Source: Escherichia coli
Lineage (GTDB): Bacteria > Pseudomonadota > Gammaproteobacteria > Enterobacterales > Enterobacteriaceae
Assembly: GCF_044324785.1 (NCBI RefSeq)
Contig: NZ_CP172129.1
Strand: one strand, 5' to 3'
DNA length: 64,000 bases
The stretch's first letter is position 1. Each line of letters starts with the position of its first letter. Under the pieces are notes generated by a model. It was not told the origin of the DNA. It did no database searches and worked only from the letters and a program-made list of their open reading frames with translations. A program made the position numbers and the translations under genes. This document shows positions 44,638 to 58,103 of the stretch, piece after piece.

Positions 44638-46442
44638 AACGTATTTTACCTCTGATACTGGCTCTGGTTGCCGGCATGGCACAGGCTGACAGCAACAGTG
44701 ATTACCGGGCCGGTTCTGATTTTGCTCACCAGATCAAAGGGCAGGGAAGCAGCAGTATTCAGGGCTTTAAGCCACAGGAGAGTATCCCCGGCTATAACGC
44801 GAATCCGGACGAGACAAAATACTACGGTGGCGTGACTGCCGGCGGGGATGGCGGCCTGAAAAATGACGGCACCACGGAATGGGCGACCGGTGAAACCGGA
44901 AAAACCATCACAGAGTCATTCATGAACAAGCCGAAAGACATTCTTTCACCGGATGCACCGTTTATCCAGACCGGCAGGGATGTGGTGAACCGGGCTGACA
45001 GCATTGTGGGAAACACCGGGCAGCAGTGCAGTGCGCAGGAGATTAGCCGGAGTGAATACACGAATTACACCTGTGAGCGGGATTTACAGGTGGAGCAGTA
45101 CTGCACACGAACTGCCCGTATGGAGCTGCAGGGGAGTACCACATGGGAAACCCGGACGCTGGAGTATGAAATGAGTCAGCTACCTGCACGTGAAGTGAAT
45201 GGTCAGTATGTTGTCTCCATTACCTCTCCCGTTACCGGTGAAATTGTCAATGCGCATTACAGCTGGAGTCGTACTTACCTGCAGAAGAGTGTACCTATGA
45301 CAATTACAGTACTGGGAACCCCACTGAGCTGGAATGCCAAATACTCAGCAGATGCCTCATTTACACCAGTACAGAAAACACTGACTGCCGGTGTTGCTTT
45401 TACGTCATCTCACCCCGTCCGGGTCGGGAATACAAAATTCAAACGTCATACGGCAATGAAGCTGCGTCTGGTTGTCAGGGTAAAAAAAGCCTCGTACACC
45501 CCGTATGTTGTCTGGTCTGAAAGCTGCCCGTTCAGCAAGGAGCTGGGGAAACTGACAAAAACAGAATGTACGGAGGCTGGCGGGAACAGGACGCTGGTGA
45601 AAGACGGTCAGTCATACAGCATGTACCAGAGCTGCTGGGCATACCGGGACACGTATGTCACACAGTCAGCAGACAAGGGAACCTGTCAGACCTACGCCGA
45701 CAATCCTGCCTGTACCCTGGTGTCACACCAGTGCACCTTTTACTCCGAAGAAGGTGCCTGTCTGCATGAATATGCCACGTACTCCTGTGAGTCAAAAACA
45801 TCCGGGAAAGTGATGGTCTGTGGGGGAGACGTCTTCTGTCTCGATGGCGAATGCGATAAGGCTCAGAGCGGGAAGAGTAATGATTTTGCCGAAGCCGTTT
45901 CTCAGCTGGCGGCACTGGCCGCAGCAGGTAAGGATGTTGCGGCGCTGAACGGGGTGGATGTCCGTGCTTTCACCGGTCAGGCGAAATTTTGTAAGAAGGC
46001 TGCAGCCGGATACAGCAACTGCTGTAAGGACAGCGGCTGGGGACAGGATATCGGGCTGGCCAAATGCAGCAGTGATGAAAAAGCCCTGGCTAAAGCAAAA
46101 TCAAACAAACTGACCGTCAGTGTCGGAGAGTTCTGTTCGAAGAAAGTGCTGGGTGTCTGCCTGGAGAAAAAACGCAGTTACTGTCAGTTTGATTCGAAGC
46201 TGGCGCAGATAGTCCAGCAGCAGGGGCGCAACGGACAGCTGCGTATCAGTTTTGGCAGTGCGAAGCATCCTGACTGTCGGGGGATTACGGTTGATGAGCT
46301 GCAGAAAATTCAGTTCGACAGACTGGATTTCACTAACTTCTACGAAGACCTGATGAATAACCAGAAAATCCCGGACAGTGGTGTTCTGACGCAGAAAGTG
46401 AAAGAGCAGATTGCTGACCAGCTGAAACAGGCAGGACAGTAA
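44634..46442 (+). CDS. traN: Mating pair stabilization protein TraN
   Basis: 602-aa cysteine-rich outer-membrane protein. Confidence 0.9.
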   Translation: MKRILPLILALVAGMAQADSNSDYRAGSDFAHQIKGQGSSSIQGFKPQESIPGYNANPDETKYYGGVTAGGDGGLKNDGTTEWATGETGKTITESFMNKPKDILSPDAPFIQTGRDVVNRADSIVGNTGQQCSAQEISRSEYTNYTCERDLQVEQYCTRTARMELQGSTTWETRTLEYEMSQLPAREVNGQYVVSITSPVTGEIVNAHYSWSRTYLQKSVPMTITVLGTPLSWNAKYSADASFTPVQKTLTAGVAFTSSHPVRVGNTKFKRHTAMKLRLVVRVKKASYTPYVVWSESCPFSKELGKLTKTECTEAGGNRTLVKDGQSYSMYQSCWAYRDTYVTQSADKGTCQTYADNPACTLVSHQCTFYSEEGACLHEYATYSCESKTSGKVMVCGGDVFCLDGECDKAQSGKSNDFAEAVSQLAALAAAGKDVAALNGVDVRAFTGQAKFCKKAAAGYSNCCKDSGWGQDIGLAKCSSDEKALAKAKSNKLTVSVGEFCSKKVLGVCLEKKRSYCQFDSKLAQIVQQQGRNGQLRISFGSAKHPDCRGITVDELQKIQFDRLDFTNFYEDLMNNQKIPDSGVLTQKVKEQIADQLKQAGQ

Positions 46443-46465
46443 GGTAGGGAAAATAACCGGGGAAA

Positions 46466-46726
46466 ATGATGAAAGTCATATTCACGTCGAACCGTTTTAT
46501 TGATTTTCTTATCCGGCTTTTGATTACAGCGATTGTCATTTCCCCGGTAATTATCTGGTCGTGGGATACGGTAAAAGAAACCACTGCAGGTGAGATACTT
46601 GCTGCTGCTTTCGTTATTTTTTACTCCGGTGTGCTCCTGTTTATTCTGTATTTTTGTTTTTCTGCCCTGACTGACCTGCAGAAACCTGATGAAAGAAAAA
46701 GTGATGAAAGGAATGAAGATGAATAA
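46466..46726 (+). CDS. trbE: Conjugal transfer protein TrbE
   Basis: 86-aa membrane ORF between traN and traF. Confidence 0.8.
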   Translation: MMKVIFTSNRFIDFLIRLLITAIVISPVIIWSWDTVKETTAGEILAAAFVIFYSGVLLFILYFCFSALTDLQKPDERKSDERNEDE

Positions 46727-47462
46727 AGCATTACTGCCACTGTTACTCTGCTGCTTTATTTTTCCGGCGTCAGGAAAAGATGCAGGCTGGCAGTGGTATA
46801 ACGAGAAAATAAATCCGAAGGAAAAAGAAAATAAACCAGTACCTGCAGCCCCCCGTCAGGAGCCGGACATTATGCAGAAACTGGCCGCACTGCAGACGGC
46901 AACAAAGCGGGCGCTGTACGAAGCTATTCTGTATCCCGGCGTGGATAATTTTGTGAAATATTTCCGGCTGCAGAATTACTGGACTCAGCAGGCCGGGCTT
47001 TTCACCATGAGCGCCAAAAAAGCCATGCTGGCGCATCCCGAACTGGACTATAACCTGCAGTACAGCCATTACAACGGCACGGTCCGGAACCAGCTGGCGG
47101 CAGACCAGGTGCAGCAGCGACAGGCCATTGCGAAACTGGCTGAACACTACGGCATCATGTTCTTTTACCGGGGGCAGGGCCCCATCGACGGGCAGCTGGC
47201 GCAGGTCATTAATGGCTTCAGGGATACCTATGGTCTGAGTGTTATTCCCGTTTCCGTGGATGGCGTGATTAATCCGCTGTTGCCGGATTCCCGGACTGAC
47301 CAGGGGCAGGCGCAGCGCCTCGGCGTGAAATATTTCCCGGCCATGATGCTGGTTGACCCGAAACAGGGCAGTGTTCGCCCGTTATCATACGGTTTTATTT
47401 CGCAGGACGACCTGGCAAAACAATTCCTGAACGTTTCTGAAGATTTTAAACCCAATTTTTAA
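46719..47462 (+). CDS. traF: Pilus assembly protein TraF (thioredoxin-like fold)
   Basis: ORF 46689..47462, start set at MNKALLPLLLCCFIFPASG (247 aa). Confidence 0.85.
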   Translation: MNKALLPLLLCCFIFPASGKDAGWQWYNEKINPKEKENKPVPAAPRQEPDIMQKLAALQTATKRALYEAILYPGVDNFVKYFRLQNYWTQQAGLFTMSAKKAMLAHPELDYNLQYSHYNGTVRNQLAADQVQQRQAIAKLAEHYGIMFFYRGQGPIDGQLAQVINGFRDTYGLSVIPVSVDGVINPLLPDSRTDQGQAQRLGVKYFPAMMLVDPKQGSVRPLSYGFISQDDLAKQFLNVSEDFKPNF

Positions 47463-47477
47463 TCGCGGATTTGATTT

Positions 47478-47825
47478 ATGAGTGAAGATTGTTTGAAAAT
47501 GTTTACAGGTGTTGTTCTGTTAATATTTGTCATTATTGCCGGTTATTTCTTTTCTGAGCGTAATGACAGGAAAATGTTTCTCCTGAGCTCACTGGTTTTC
47601 CTTGTTATTAATATCGCGTGTTTATATGTGCTGACTGCCAGTCTCTGGTTTCTGTGTGGTGCAATTATGAATCAGGGCGCAGCAATGGTTGTTCCAATGG
47701 TTATTGGCTCATTACCGAACGTTACGAGCTTCGACGGGTTCAGAAGAATATTTATCTGTATTATGTTGTCATCAGTATGGTCCGGAGTGATGTGGTTTTT
47801 TATAAGGGGGCTTATGACAGGCTAA
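47478..47825 (+). CDS. trbA: Conjugal transfer protein TrbA
   Basis: 115-aa membrane ORF, operon position. Confidence 0.8.
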   Translation: MSEDCLKMFTGVVLLIFVIIAGYFFSERNDRKMFLLSSLVFLVINIACLYVLTASLWFLCGAIMNQGAAMVVPMVIGSLPNVTSFDGFRRIFICIMLSSVWSGVMWFFIRGLMTG

Positions 47826-47943
47826 GTCATATAAAACGGTAATAAAAACCATACAAAATAATGAGGTTGATCTGATTAATATCACACAAACGCGAATATT
47901 ACAGACATAAATACTCTCATGTAAATAATAACCGGAGTTTAAC

Positions 47944-48228
47944 ATGATAAGTAAACGCAGATTCTCTTTACCCCGGCTTGATATTACGGGAATGTGGGTA
48001 TTTTCCCTGGGTGTCTGGTTTCATATCGTCGCCCGTCTTGTTTACAGCAAACCCTGGATGGCTTTTTTTCTGGCGGAGTTGATTGCGGCCATCCTTGTGC
48101 TGTTCGGCGCATACCAGGTGCTGGATGCATGGATTGCCCGTGTCAGCCGGGAAGAGCGTGAGGCACTGGAAGCCAGGCAACAGGCCATGATGGAAGGGCA
48201 GCAGGAGGGCAGACATGTCTCTCATTAA
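47944..48228 (+). CDS. traQ: Pilin chaperone TraQ
   Basis: 94-aa ORF MISKRRFSLPRLDITGMWVFSLGVWFHIVARLVYSKPW. Confidence 0.85.
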   Translation: MISKRRFSLPRLDITGMWVFSLGVWFHIVARLVYSKPWMAFFLAELIAAILVLFGAYQVLDAWIARVSREEREALEARQQAMMEGQQEGRHVSH

Positions 48229-48760
48229 ATCACTGTTGTTCACCCTGTTGCTGGCAGCCGCTGCCGTGCAGGCCTCCACCCGGGATGAAATTGAACGACT
48301 CTGGAATCCGCAGGGCATGGCCGCGCAGCCTGCACAACCGGCAGCAGGCACGTCAGCCAGGACAGAAAAGCCGGCTCCCCGCTGGTTCCGCCTCAGCAAC
48401 GGCAGGCAGGTTAACCTGGCCGACTGGAAGGTGGTGCTGTTTATGCAGGGGCATTGCCCTTACTGTCACCAGTTTGACCCGGTACTGAAACAGCTGGCAC
48501 AGCAGTACGGCTTTTCCGTTTTTCCCTACACCCTGGATGGTCAGGGGGATACCGCCTTTCCGGAAGCATTACCGGTGCCACCGGACGTGATGCAGACCTT
48601 CTTCCCGAATATCCCGGTGGCCACACCGACCACCTTCCTGGTCAACGTCAACACGCTTGAGGCATTACCGCTTTTACAGGGGGCAACGGATGCCGCCGGT
48701 TTTATGGCGCGGATGGATACCGTTCTGCAGATGTACGGAGGAAAAAAAGGTGCGAAATAA
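48215..48760 (+). CDS. trbB: Thioredoxin-like disulfide isomerase TrbB
   Basis: CPYC active-site motif, signal peptide. Confidence 0.85.
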   Translation: MSLIKSLLFTLLLAAAAVQASTRDEIERLWNPQGMAAQPAQPAAGTSARTEKPAPRWFRLSNGRQVNLADWKVVLFMQGHCPYCHQFDPVLKQLAQQYGFSVFPYTLDGQGDTAFPEALPVPPDVMQTFFPNIPVATPTTFLVNVNTLEALPLLQGATDAAGFMARMDTVLQMYGGKKGAK

Positions 48761-49052
48761 GCAGGTGGTGTTACTCATTGCCGGAATATCCGGCATCGCG
48801 ACGGGAATAATCGTCAGCCTGAATATCCCCTTTATCCATCAGGGGCTTTTTTATCCCGCCAGCCCTGTAGAAATTGTCGTTTCGCTGTGCCTTACCTTTT
48901 CTGTTTCTGTTGTGTTTTTTGTGGGGGCAATTGTGGGATGGATTTCGGTGTCTGAAATATATTACAGCCGCAGGACTGGACGGAAATATCGGGATATTCC
49001 TGCTGAAATGTCGTATGCGCCGGGAGAACAAATTAAGGGAGGGCAAGAATGA
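48750..49052 (+). CDS. trbJ: Conjugal transfer membrane protein TrbJ (trbJ/trbF region; start uncertain)
   Basis: ORF 48657..49052; GTG at 48750 overlaps the trbB stop and precedes VRNKQVVLLIAGISGIATGIIVSL. Confidence 0.6.
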   Translation: MRNKQVVLLIAGISGIATGIIVSLNIPFIHQGLFYPASPVEIVVSLCLTFSVSVVFFVGAIVGWISVSEIYYSRRTGRKYRDIPAEMSYAPGEQIKGGQE

Positions 49053-50425
49053 TGCCACGCATTAAACCTCTTCTGGTTCTTTGTGCTGCTTTACTGACGG
49101 TCACACCCGCAGCGTCAGCGGATGTGAACAGCGACATGAATCAGTTCTTTAACAAGCTGGGCTTCGCCTCCAATACCACACAGCCGGGCGTCTGGCAGGG
49201 GCAGGCCGCCGGTTATGCTTACGGTGGCTCCCTGTATGCCCGTACTCAGGTCAAAAATGTTCAGCTGATTTCCATGACGCTGCCGGATATCAATGCCGGA
49301 TGTGGCGGCATCGACGCCTATCTCGGCTCGTTCAGTTTTATTAATGGCGAGCAGCTGCAGCGTTTTGTTAAGCAGATTATGAGCAATGCTGCCGGTTACT
49401 TTTTTGACCTTGCCCTGCAGACAACGGTGCCGGAAATCAAAACCGCAAAAGACTTCCTGCAGAAAATGGCAAGCGACATTAACAGTATGAACCTCAGTTC
49501 CTGCCAGGCTGCACAGGGGATTATCGGCGGGCTCTTCCCCCGGACGCAGGTGTCCCAGCAGAAAGTCTGTCAGGACATTGCCGGTGAGAGCAATATTTTT
49601 GCTGACTGGGCGGCTTCCCGGCAGGGATGTACCGTTGGCGGGAAATCTGACAGTGTCAGGGATAAAGCCAGCGACAAGGATAAGGAGCGGGTGACCAAAA
49701 ACATCAACATCATGTGGAATGCGCTTTCCAAAAACAGAATGTTTGACGGCAACAAAGAGCTGAAAGAGTTTGTGATGACGCTGACCGGCTCACTGGTGTT
49801 TGGGCCTAACGGCGAAATCACACCCTTGTCAGCCAGAACCACTGACCGCTCAATTATCCGGGCCATGATGGAAGGCGGCACAGCAAAAATTTATCACTGC
49901 AACGATTCTGATAAATGCCTGAAAGTGGTGGCAGACACACCGGTGACCATCAGCCGGGATAATGCACTGAAGTCTCAGATTACTAAACTTCTGGCCAGCA
50001 TTCAGAACAAGGCTGTCAGTGACACGCCTCTGGATGACAAGGAAAAAGGCTTTATTTCCAGTACCACCATCCCCGTCTTCAAATACCTGGTTGACCCGCA
50101 GATGCTCGGTGTTTCCAACAGTATGATTTACCAGCTGACGGACTATATCGGTTACGACATCCTGCTGCAGTACATTCAGGAGCTGATACAGCAGGCCAGG
50201 GCGATGGTGGCCACAGGAAATTATGACGAAGCAGTTATCGAACATATTAACGACAACATGAATGATGCCACCCGGCAGATTGCGGCGTTTCAGTCACAGG
50301 TGCAGGTACAGCAGGATGCGCTGCTGGTTGTCGATCGTCAGATGAGCTACATGCGTCAGCAGCTTTCCGCCCGCATGCTCAGTCGTTACCAGAACAACTA
50401 TCACTTCGGAGGGAGCACGCTGTGA
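49049..50425 (+). CDS. traH: Pilus assembly protein TraH
   Basis: 458-aa ORF with signal peptide. Confidence 0.9.
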   Translation: MMPRIKPLLVLCAALLTVTPAASADVNSDMNQFFNKLGFASNTTQPGVWQGQAAGYAYGGSLYARTQVKNVQLISMTLPDINAGCGGIDAYLGSFSFINGEQLQRFVKQIMSNAAGYFFDLALQTTVPEIKTAKDFLQKMASDINSMNLSSCQAAQGIIGGLFPRTQVSQQKVCQDIAGESNIFADWAASRQGCTVGGKSDSVRDKASDKDKERVTKNINIMWNALSKNRMFDGNKELKEFVMTLTGSLVFGPNGEITPLSARTTDRSIIRAMMEGGTAKIYHCNDSDKCLKVVADTPVTISRDNALKSQITKLLASIQNKAVSDTPLDDKEKGFISSTTIPVFKYLVDPQMLGVSNSMIYQLTDYIGYDILLQYIQELIQQARAMVATGNYDEAVIEHINDNMNDATRQIAAFQSQVQVQQDALLVVDRQMSYMRQQLSARMLSRYQNNYHFGGSTL

Positions 50426-53243
50426 ATGAAGTTTATGTGATTGCCGGTGGTGAGTGGTTGCGGAATAACCTGAACGCCATTGCCGCCTTTATGGGAACCA
50501 GGACGTGGGATTCCATTGAAAAAATTGCGCTCACATTGTCTGTTCTCGCGGTGGCCGTGATGTGGGTACAGCGGCACAACGTGATGGATTTGCTGGGCTG
50601 GGTGGCCGTGTTTGTGCTTATCAGCCTGCTGGTTAATGTCCGCACATCGGTGCAGGTTATTGATAACAGTGACCTGGTCAAAGTTCACCGGGTGGATAAT
50701 GTGCCGGTCGGACTGGCGATGCCACTTTCACTGACGACCCGTATCGGGCATGCAATGGTGGCCAGTTACGAGATGATCTTCACGCAACCGGACAGCGTCA
50801 CCTACAGCAAAACGGGGATGCTGTTTGGCGCAGAACTGGTATCAAAAAGCACCGACTTTTTGTCCCGGAATCCGGAAATCACCAATCTTTTCCAGGATTA
50901 TGTGCAGAACTGCGTGATGGGGGATATTTACCTGAACCACAAATATACGCTGGAGGAGCTGATGGCCTCCGCTGATCCCTACACGCTGATTTTTTCCCGC
51001 CCCAGCCCGCTGCGGGGCGTTTATGACAGCAATAATAATTTCGTAACCTGTAAGGACGCTTCGGTTTCGCTGAAAGACAAGCTGAATCTGGACACACAGA
51101 GTGGCGGAAAAACCTGGCATTATTATGCCCAGCAGCTATTTGGCGGACGCCCTGATCCTAACCTGCTGTTCAGTACGCTGATTGGCGACAGTTACAGTTA
51201 CTTCTATGGCTCAAGTAAATCAGCCAGCCAGATCATCCGCCAGAATGTCACCATCAATGCGCTGAAGGAGGGGATCACCAGTTATGCCGCACGTAATGGT
51301 GATTCGGCCAGCCTGGTGAATCTGGCCACCACGTCATCGATGGAGAAACAACGTCTGGCACATGTCTCCATCGGTCATGTGGCGATGCGGACACTGCCCA
51401 TGACGCAGACCATCCTGACGGGGATCGCCATCGGTATTTTCCCGCTCCTGGTACTGGCGGCTGTCTTCAACAAACTGACGCTGTCCGTCCTGAAAGGCTA
51501 TGTGTTTGCCCTGATGTGGTTGCAGTCATGGCCAATGTTGTACGCCATTCTGAACAGCGCCATGACATTTTATGCAAAGCAGAATGGTGCACCGGTGGTG
51601 CTCTCGGAAATTTCACAGATACAGCTGAAATACTCCGATCTGGCTTCCACTGCCGGGTATCTTTCCATGATGATCCCGCCATTATCCTGGATGATGGTCA
51701 GGGGGCTCGGGGCAGGATTTTCCAGTGTGTACAGCCATTTCGCTTCCTCTGCTATCAGCCCGACCGCCAGTGCAGCAGGCAGTGTGGTTGACGGTAATTA
51801 CTCCTACGGCAACATGCAGACGGAAAACGTGAACGGCTTCAGCTGGAGCACCAACAGCACCACGTCGTTTGGTCAGATGATGTACCAGACCGGCAGTGGC
51901 GCAACCGCCACACAGACCCGTGACGGTAATATGGTGATGGATGCAAGCGGAGCGATGTCCCGGTTACCGGTCGGCATCAATGCAACGCGTCAGATTGCGG
52001 CGGCACAACAGGAAATGGCCCGGGAAGCATCGAACAGAGCAGAAAGTGCCCTGCATGGGTTCAGCAGCAGTATTGCCAGTGCCTGGAACACGCTCAGTCA
52101 GTTTGGTTCTAACCGGGGGAGCAGTGATTCTGTCACCGGTGGTGCTGACAGCACGATGAGTGCACAGGACTCCATGATGGCCAGCCGTATGCGCAGTGCA
52201 GTGGAAAGCTATGCGAAGGCGCATAATATCAGTAATGAGCAGGCGACTCAGGAACTGGCATCAACAAGTACCAGGCTATCTGGTGGAATGTATGCTGATG
52301 CTCATGCTGAATGGGGGGTTAAACCTAAAATTCTTGGTGTTGGTGGTGGGGTAGGCATCAGAGGTGGATTTAAGGGGAGCCTGGATGCAACGGATGATGA
52401 CTCACATTCAGCAAGTAGTGGCAGCAGGGCTACCCATGATGCTCGCCATGATATCGATGCTAAAGCCAGTAAGGACTTTAAAGAGGCCAGCGATTACTTT
52501 ACCAGTCGCAAAGTCAGTGAATCCGGCAGCCATACTGACAATAATGCCGATTCCCGCGTGGACCAGTTGTCTGCAGCCCTGAACTCAGCGAAACAGAGTT
52601 ACGACCAGTACACGACGAATATGACCCGCAGCCATGAATATGCTGAAATGGCATCCCGTACTGAAAGCATGAGTGGGCAGATGAGCGAAGATTTGTCGCA
52701 ACAGTTTGCACTGTATGTGATGAAACACGCACCGCAGGATGCCGAAGCTATTCTGACAAACACCAGTTCACCGGAGATTGCAGAACGCCGTCGGGCGATG
52801 GCATGGTCTTTTGTTCAGGAACAGGTGCAGCCTGGTGTTGATAATGCCTGGCGTGAATCCCGTGGGGATATTGGTAAAGGAATGGAGAGCGTACCTTCGG
52901 GTGGTGGCAGCCAGGATATTATTGCTGACCATCAGGGGCATCAGGCCATTATTGATCAAAGAACGCAGGACAGTAATATCCGTAATGATGTAAAACATCA
53001 GGTTGATAATATGGTCACAGAATATAAAGGGAATATCGGAGATACTCAGAATAGTATTCATGGCGAAGAAAATATTGTAGACAGACAATATTCAGAGTTA
53101 AAAAATAATCACAAACAGGAAGAAATTCAACAAAACAACAGATATAATGAAGAAAATAAACGACAGAAATTAATGCCAACACCGTCTGAAGATGCATTAA
53201 AACAGATGGTGGATGATAAGAAAGAACGATTGAAGGGGCCATT

Positions 53244-53247
<4 letters not shown>
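50422..53247 (+). CDS. traG: Mating pair stabilization/pilus assembly protein TraG
   Basis: 941-aa polytopic membrane protein. Confidence 0.9.
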
Positions 53248-54944
<1,697 letters not shown>

Positions 54945-54965
54945 TTAGTTAAAAGGATATTTTGG

Positions 54966-55697
54966 ATGAAAACAAAAAAATTGATGATGGTTGCACTGGT
55001 CAGTTCCACTCTGGCCCTTTCAGGGTGTGGTGCGATGAGCACAGCAATCAAGAAGCGTAACCTTGAGGTGAAGACTCAGATGAGTGAGACCATCTGGCTT
55101 GAACCCGCCAGCGAACGCACGGTATTTCTGCAGATCAAAAACACGTCTGATAAAGACATGAGTGGGCTGCAGGGCAAAATTGCTGATGCTGTGAAAGCAA
55201 AAGGATATCAGGTGGTGACTTCTCCGGATAAAGCCTACTACTGGATTCAGGCGAATGTGCTGAAGGCCGATAAGATGGATCTGCGGGAGTCTCAGGGATG
55301 GCTGAACCGTGGTTATGAGGGCGCAGCAGTTGGTGCAGCGTTAGGTGCCGGTATCACCGGATATAATTCCAGTTCTGCCGGTGCCACACTCGGTGTGGGC
55401 CTTGCTGCCGGTCTGGTGGGTATGGCTGCAGATGCGATGGTGGAAGATGTGAACTATACCATGATCACGGATGTGCAGATTGCAGAGCGTACTAAGGCAA
55501 CGGTGACAACGGATAATGTTGCCGCCCTGCGTCAGGGCACATCAGGTGCGAAAATTCAGACCAGTACTGAAACAGGTAACCAGCATAAATACCAGACCCG
55601 TGTGGTCTCAAATGCGAACAAGGTTAACCTGAAATTTGAAGAGGCGAAGCCTGTTCTCGAAGACCAGCTGGCCAAATCAATCGCAAATATTCTCTGA
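54966..55697 (+). CDS. traT: Surface exclusion / serum resistance lipoprotein TraT
   Basis: ORF 54855..55697, start set at [35 protein letters not shown] (lipobox LSGC). Confidence 0.9.
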   Translation: MKTKKLMMVALVSSTLALSGCGAMSTAIKKRNLEVKTQMSETIWLEPASERTVFLQIKNTSDKDMSGLQGKIADAVKAKGYQVVTSPDKAYYWIQANVLKADKMDLRESQGWLNRGYEGAAVGAALGAGITGYNSSSAGATLGVGLAAGLVGMAADAMVEDVNYTMITDVQIAERTKATVTTDNVAALRQGTSGAKIQTSTETGNQHKYQTRVVSNANKVNLKFEEAKPVLEDQLAKSIANIL

Positions 55698-55949
55698 TTA
55701 TCTTCCGGAGGCTGGTCTGACCGGCCTCCTGACTGACGCCTCGCTTTGCTCGTTGTCCAACCCCGGAAAGAAATAAAATAAATTTTATTTCTCCCCGGCG
55801 TTTCCGAAATAAATATGAAAACACTGAGCGGTTGTGCAAATTCTTTGTGCGACCGTGAAGTGTTGCCGGCGAAGCCGGAATTTAACGGTTATTAATCTTT
55901 TCATCATTAATAATCAGTCCGACTGACTTTTTTTCTTCGGAATATCATC

Positions 55950-58103
55950 ATGAGTTTTAACGCAAAGGATATGACCCAGGGCGGTCAGATTGCGTCCATG
56001 CGTATCCGCATGTTCAGCCAGATCGCCAATATCATGCTTTACTGCCTGTTTATTTTTTTCTGGATACTCGTTGGTCTGGTTTTATGGGTAAAAATAAGCT
56101 GGCAGACGTTTGTGAACGGCTGTATTTACTGGTGGTGTACCACGCTGGAAGGCATGCGGGATTTAATCAAGTCCCAGCCGGTATATGAGATCCAGTATTA
56201 CGGCAAAACCTTCCGGATGAACGCTGCTCAGGTACTGCATGATAAATATATGATCTGGTGCGGAGAGCAGCTATGGTCCGCATTCGTTCTGGCTACAGTT
56301 GTGGCACTGGTTATTTGCCTGATTACCTTCTTTGTTGTCTCCTGGATTCTGGGGCGTCAGGGTAAACAACAGAGCGAAAATGAAGTCACAGGTGGTCGTC
56401 AGCTGACGGAGAACCCGAAAGACGTTGCCCGGATGCTGAAAAAAGACGGCAAGGACTCCGATATCCGGATTGGCGACCTGCCGATTATCCGGGATTCCGA
56501 AATCCAGAACTTCTGTCTGCACGGCACGGTCGGGGCCGGTAAGTCGGAAGTTATCCGTCGTCTGGCCAACTACGCCCGTCAGCGTGGAGATATGGTGGTG
56601 ATTTATGACCGTTCAGGGGAATTTGTTAAAAGTTACTATGATCCCTCCATCGATAAAATCCTGAATCCGCTGGATGCCCGCTGTGCCGCCTGGGATTTGT
56701 GGAAGGAGTGCCTGACACAGCCGGATTTTGATAATACCGCGAACACGCTGATCCCGATGGGCACAAAAGAGGACCCGTTCTGGCAGGGTTCAGGACGTAC
56801 CATTTTTGCGGAAGCGGCGTACCTGATGCGTAATGACCCCAACCGCAGCTACAGCAAACTGGTGGACACACTGCTTTCCATCAAAATCGAAAAACTGCGT
56901 ACCTTCCTGCGTAATTCACCGGCGGCCAACCTGGTGGAAGAGAAAATTGAGAAAACGGCGATTTCCATCCGTGCTGTGCTGACCAACTACGTGAAAGCCA
57001 TCCGTTACCTGCAGGGGATTGAGCATAACGGTGAGTCTTTTACCATCCGTGACTGGATGCGGGGTGTCCGGGAAGATCAGAAAAACGGCTGGCTGTTTAT
57101 CTCGTCGAATGCCGACACCCATGCCTCCCTGAAGCCGGTGATCTCCATGTGGCTGTCCATTGCCATTCGTGGTCTGCTGGCAATGGGAGAAAACCGTAAC
57201 CGTCGTGTGTGGTTTTTCTGTGATGAGCTACCCACGTTACACAAACTGCCGGACCTGGTGGAGATCCTGCCGGAAGCCCGTAAGTTCGGTGGCTGTTATG
57301 TGTTTGGTATCCAGTCCTATGCCCAGCTGGAAGATATCTACGGTGAGAAAGCGGCTGCCACGCTGTTTGACGTCATGAACACCCGTGCCTTTTTCCGTTC
57401 TCCCAGCCATAAGATTGCAGAGTTCGCTGCCGGTGAGATTGGTGAGAAAGAGCACCTGAAAGCCAGCGAGCAGTACTCCTACGGTGCTGATCCGGTACGT
57501 GACGGGGTATCGACCGGTAAGGATATGGAGCGCCAGACGCTGGTCAGTTATTCCGACATTCAGTCTCTGCCGGATTTGACCTGTTATGTCACCCTGCCCG
57601 GACCGTATCCGGCAGTAAAACTCTCACTGAAATATCAGGCACGTCCGAAGGTTGCCCCTGAGTTTATTCCGCGTGACATCAACCCGGAAATGGAGAACCG
57701 CCTGAGCGCCGTACTTGCCGCAAGGGAAGCAGAAGGTCGTCAGATGGCCAGCCTCTTCGAACCGGATGTGCCGGAGGTTGTTTCCGGAGAAGACGTGACT
57801 CAGGCTGAACAGCCGCAACAGCCGGTGTCTCCTGCCATCAACGATAAGAAGTCAGATTCAGGTGTGAATGTTCCGGCAGGGGGGATCGAGCAGGAGCTGA
57901 AAATGAAACCGGAAGAAGAGATGGAACAGCAACTGCCACCCGGGATCAGTGAATCCGGTGAAGTGGTGGATATGGCCGCTTATGAGGCATGGCAACAGGA
58001 AAATCATCCGGACATCCAGCAGCAGATGCAGCGTCGTGAAGAGGTGAACATTAATGTGCACCGGGAGCGCGGGGAGGATGTTGAGCCGGGAGATGATTTC
58101 TGA
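55950..58103 (+). CDS. traD: Type IV coupling protein TraD
   Basis: 717-aa ORF, Walker [10 protein letters not shown]-terminal QQP-rich region ending DDF. Confidence 0.9.
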   Translation: MSFNAKDMTQGGQIASMRIRMFSQIANIMLYCLFIFFWILVGLVLWVKISWQTFVNGCIYWWCTTLEGMRDLIKSQPVYEIQYYGKTFRMNAAQVLHDKYMIWCGEQLWSAFVLATVVALVICLITFFVVSWILGRQGKQQSENEVTGGRQLTENPKDVARMLKKDGKDSDIRIGDLPIIRDSEIQNFCLHGTVGAGKSEVIRRLANYARQRGDMVVIYDRSGEFVKSYYDPSIDKILNPLDARCAAWDLWKECLTQPDFDNTANTLIPMGTKEDPFWQGSGRTIFAEAAYLMRNDPNRSYSKLVDTLLSIKIEKLRTFLRNSPAANLVEEKIEKTAISIRAVLTNYVKAIRYLQGIEHNGESFTIRDWMRGVREDQKNGWLFISSNADTHASLKPVISMWLSIAIRGLLAMGENRNRRVWFFCDELPTLHKLPDLVEILPEARKFGGCYVFGIQSYAQLEDIYGEKAAATLFDVMNTRAFFRSPSHKIAEFAAGEIGEKEHLKASEQYSYGADPVRDGVSTGKDMERQTLVSYSDIQSLPDLTCYVTLPGPYPAVKLSLKYQARPKVAPEFIPRDINPEMENRLSAVLAAREAEGRQMASLFEPDVPEVVSGEDVTQAEQPQQPVSPAINDKKSDSGVNVPAGGIEQELKMKPEEEMEQQLPPGISESGEVVDMAAYEAWQQENHPDIQQQMQRREEVNINVHRERGEDVEPGDDF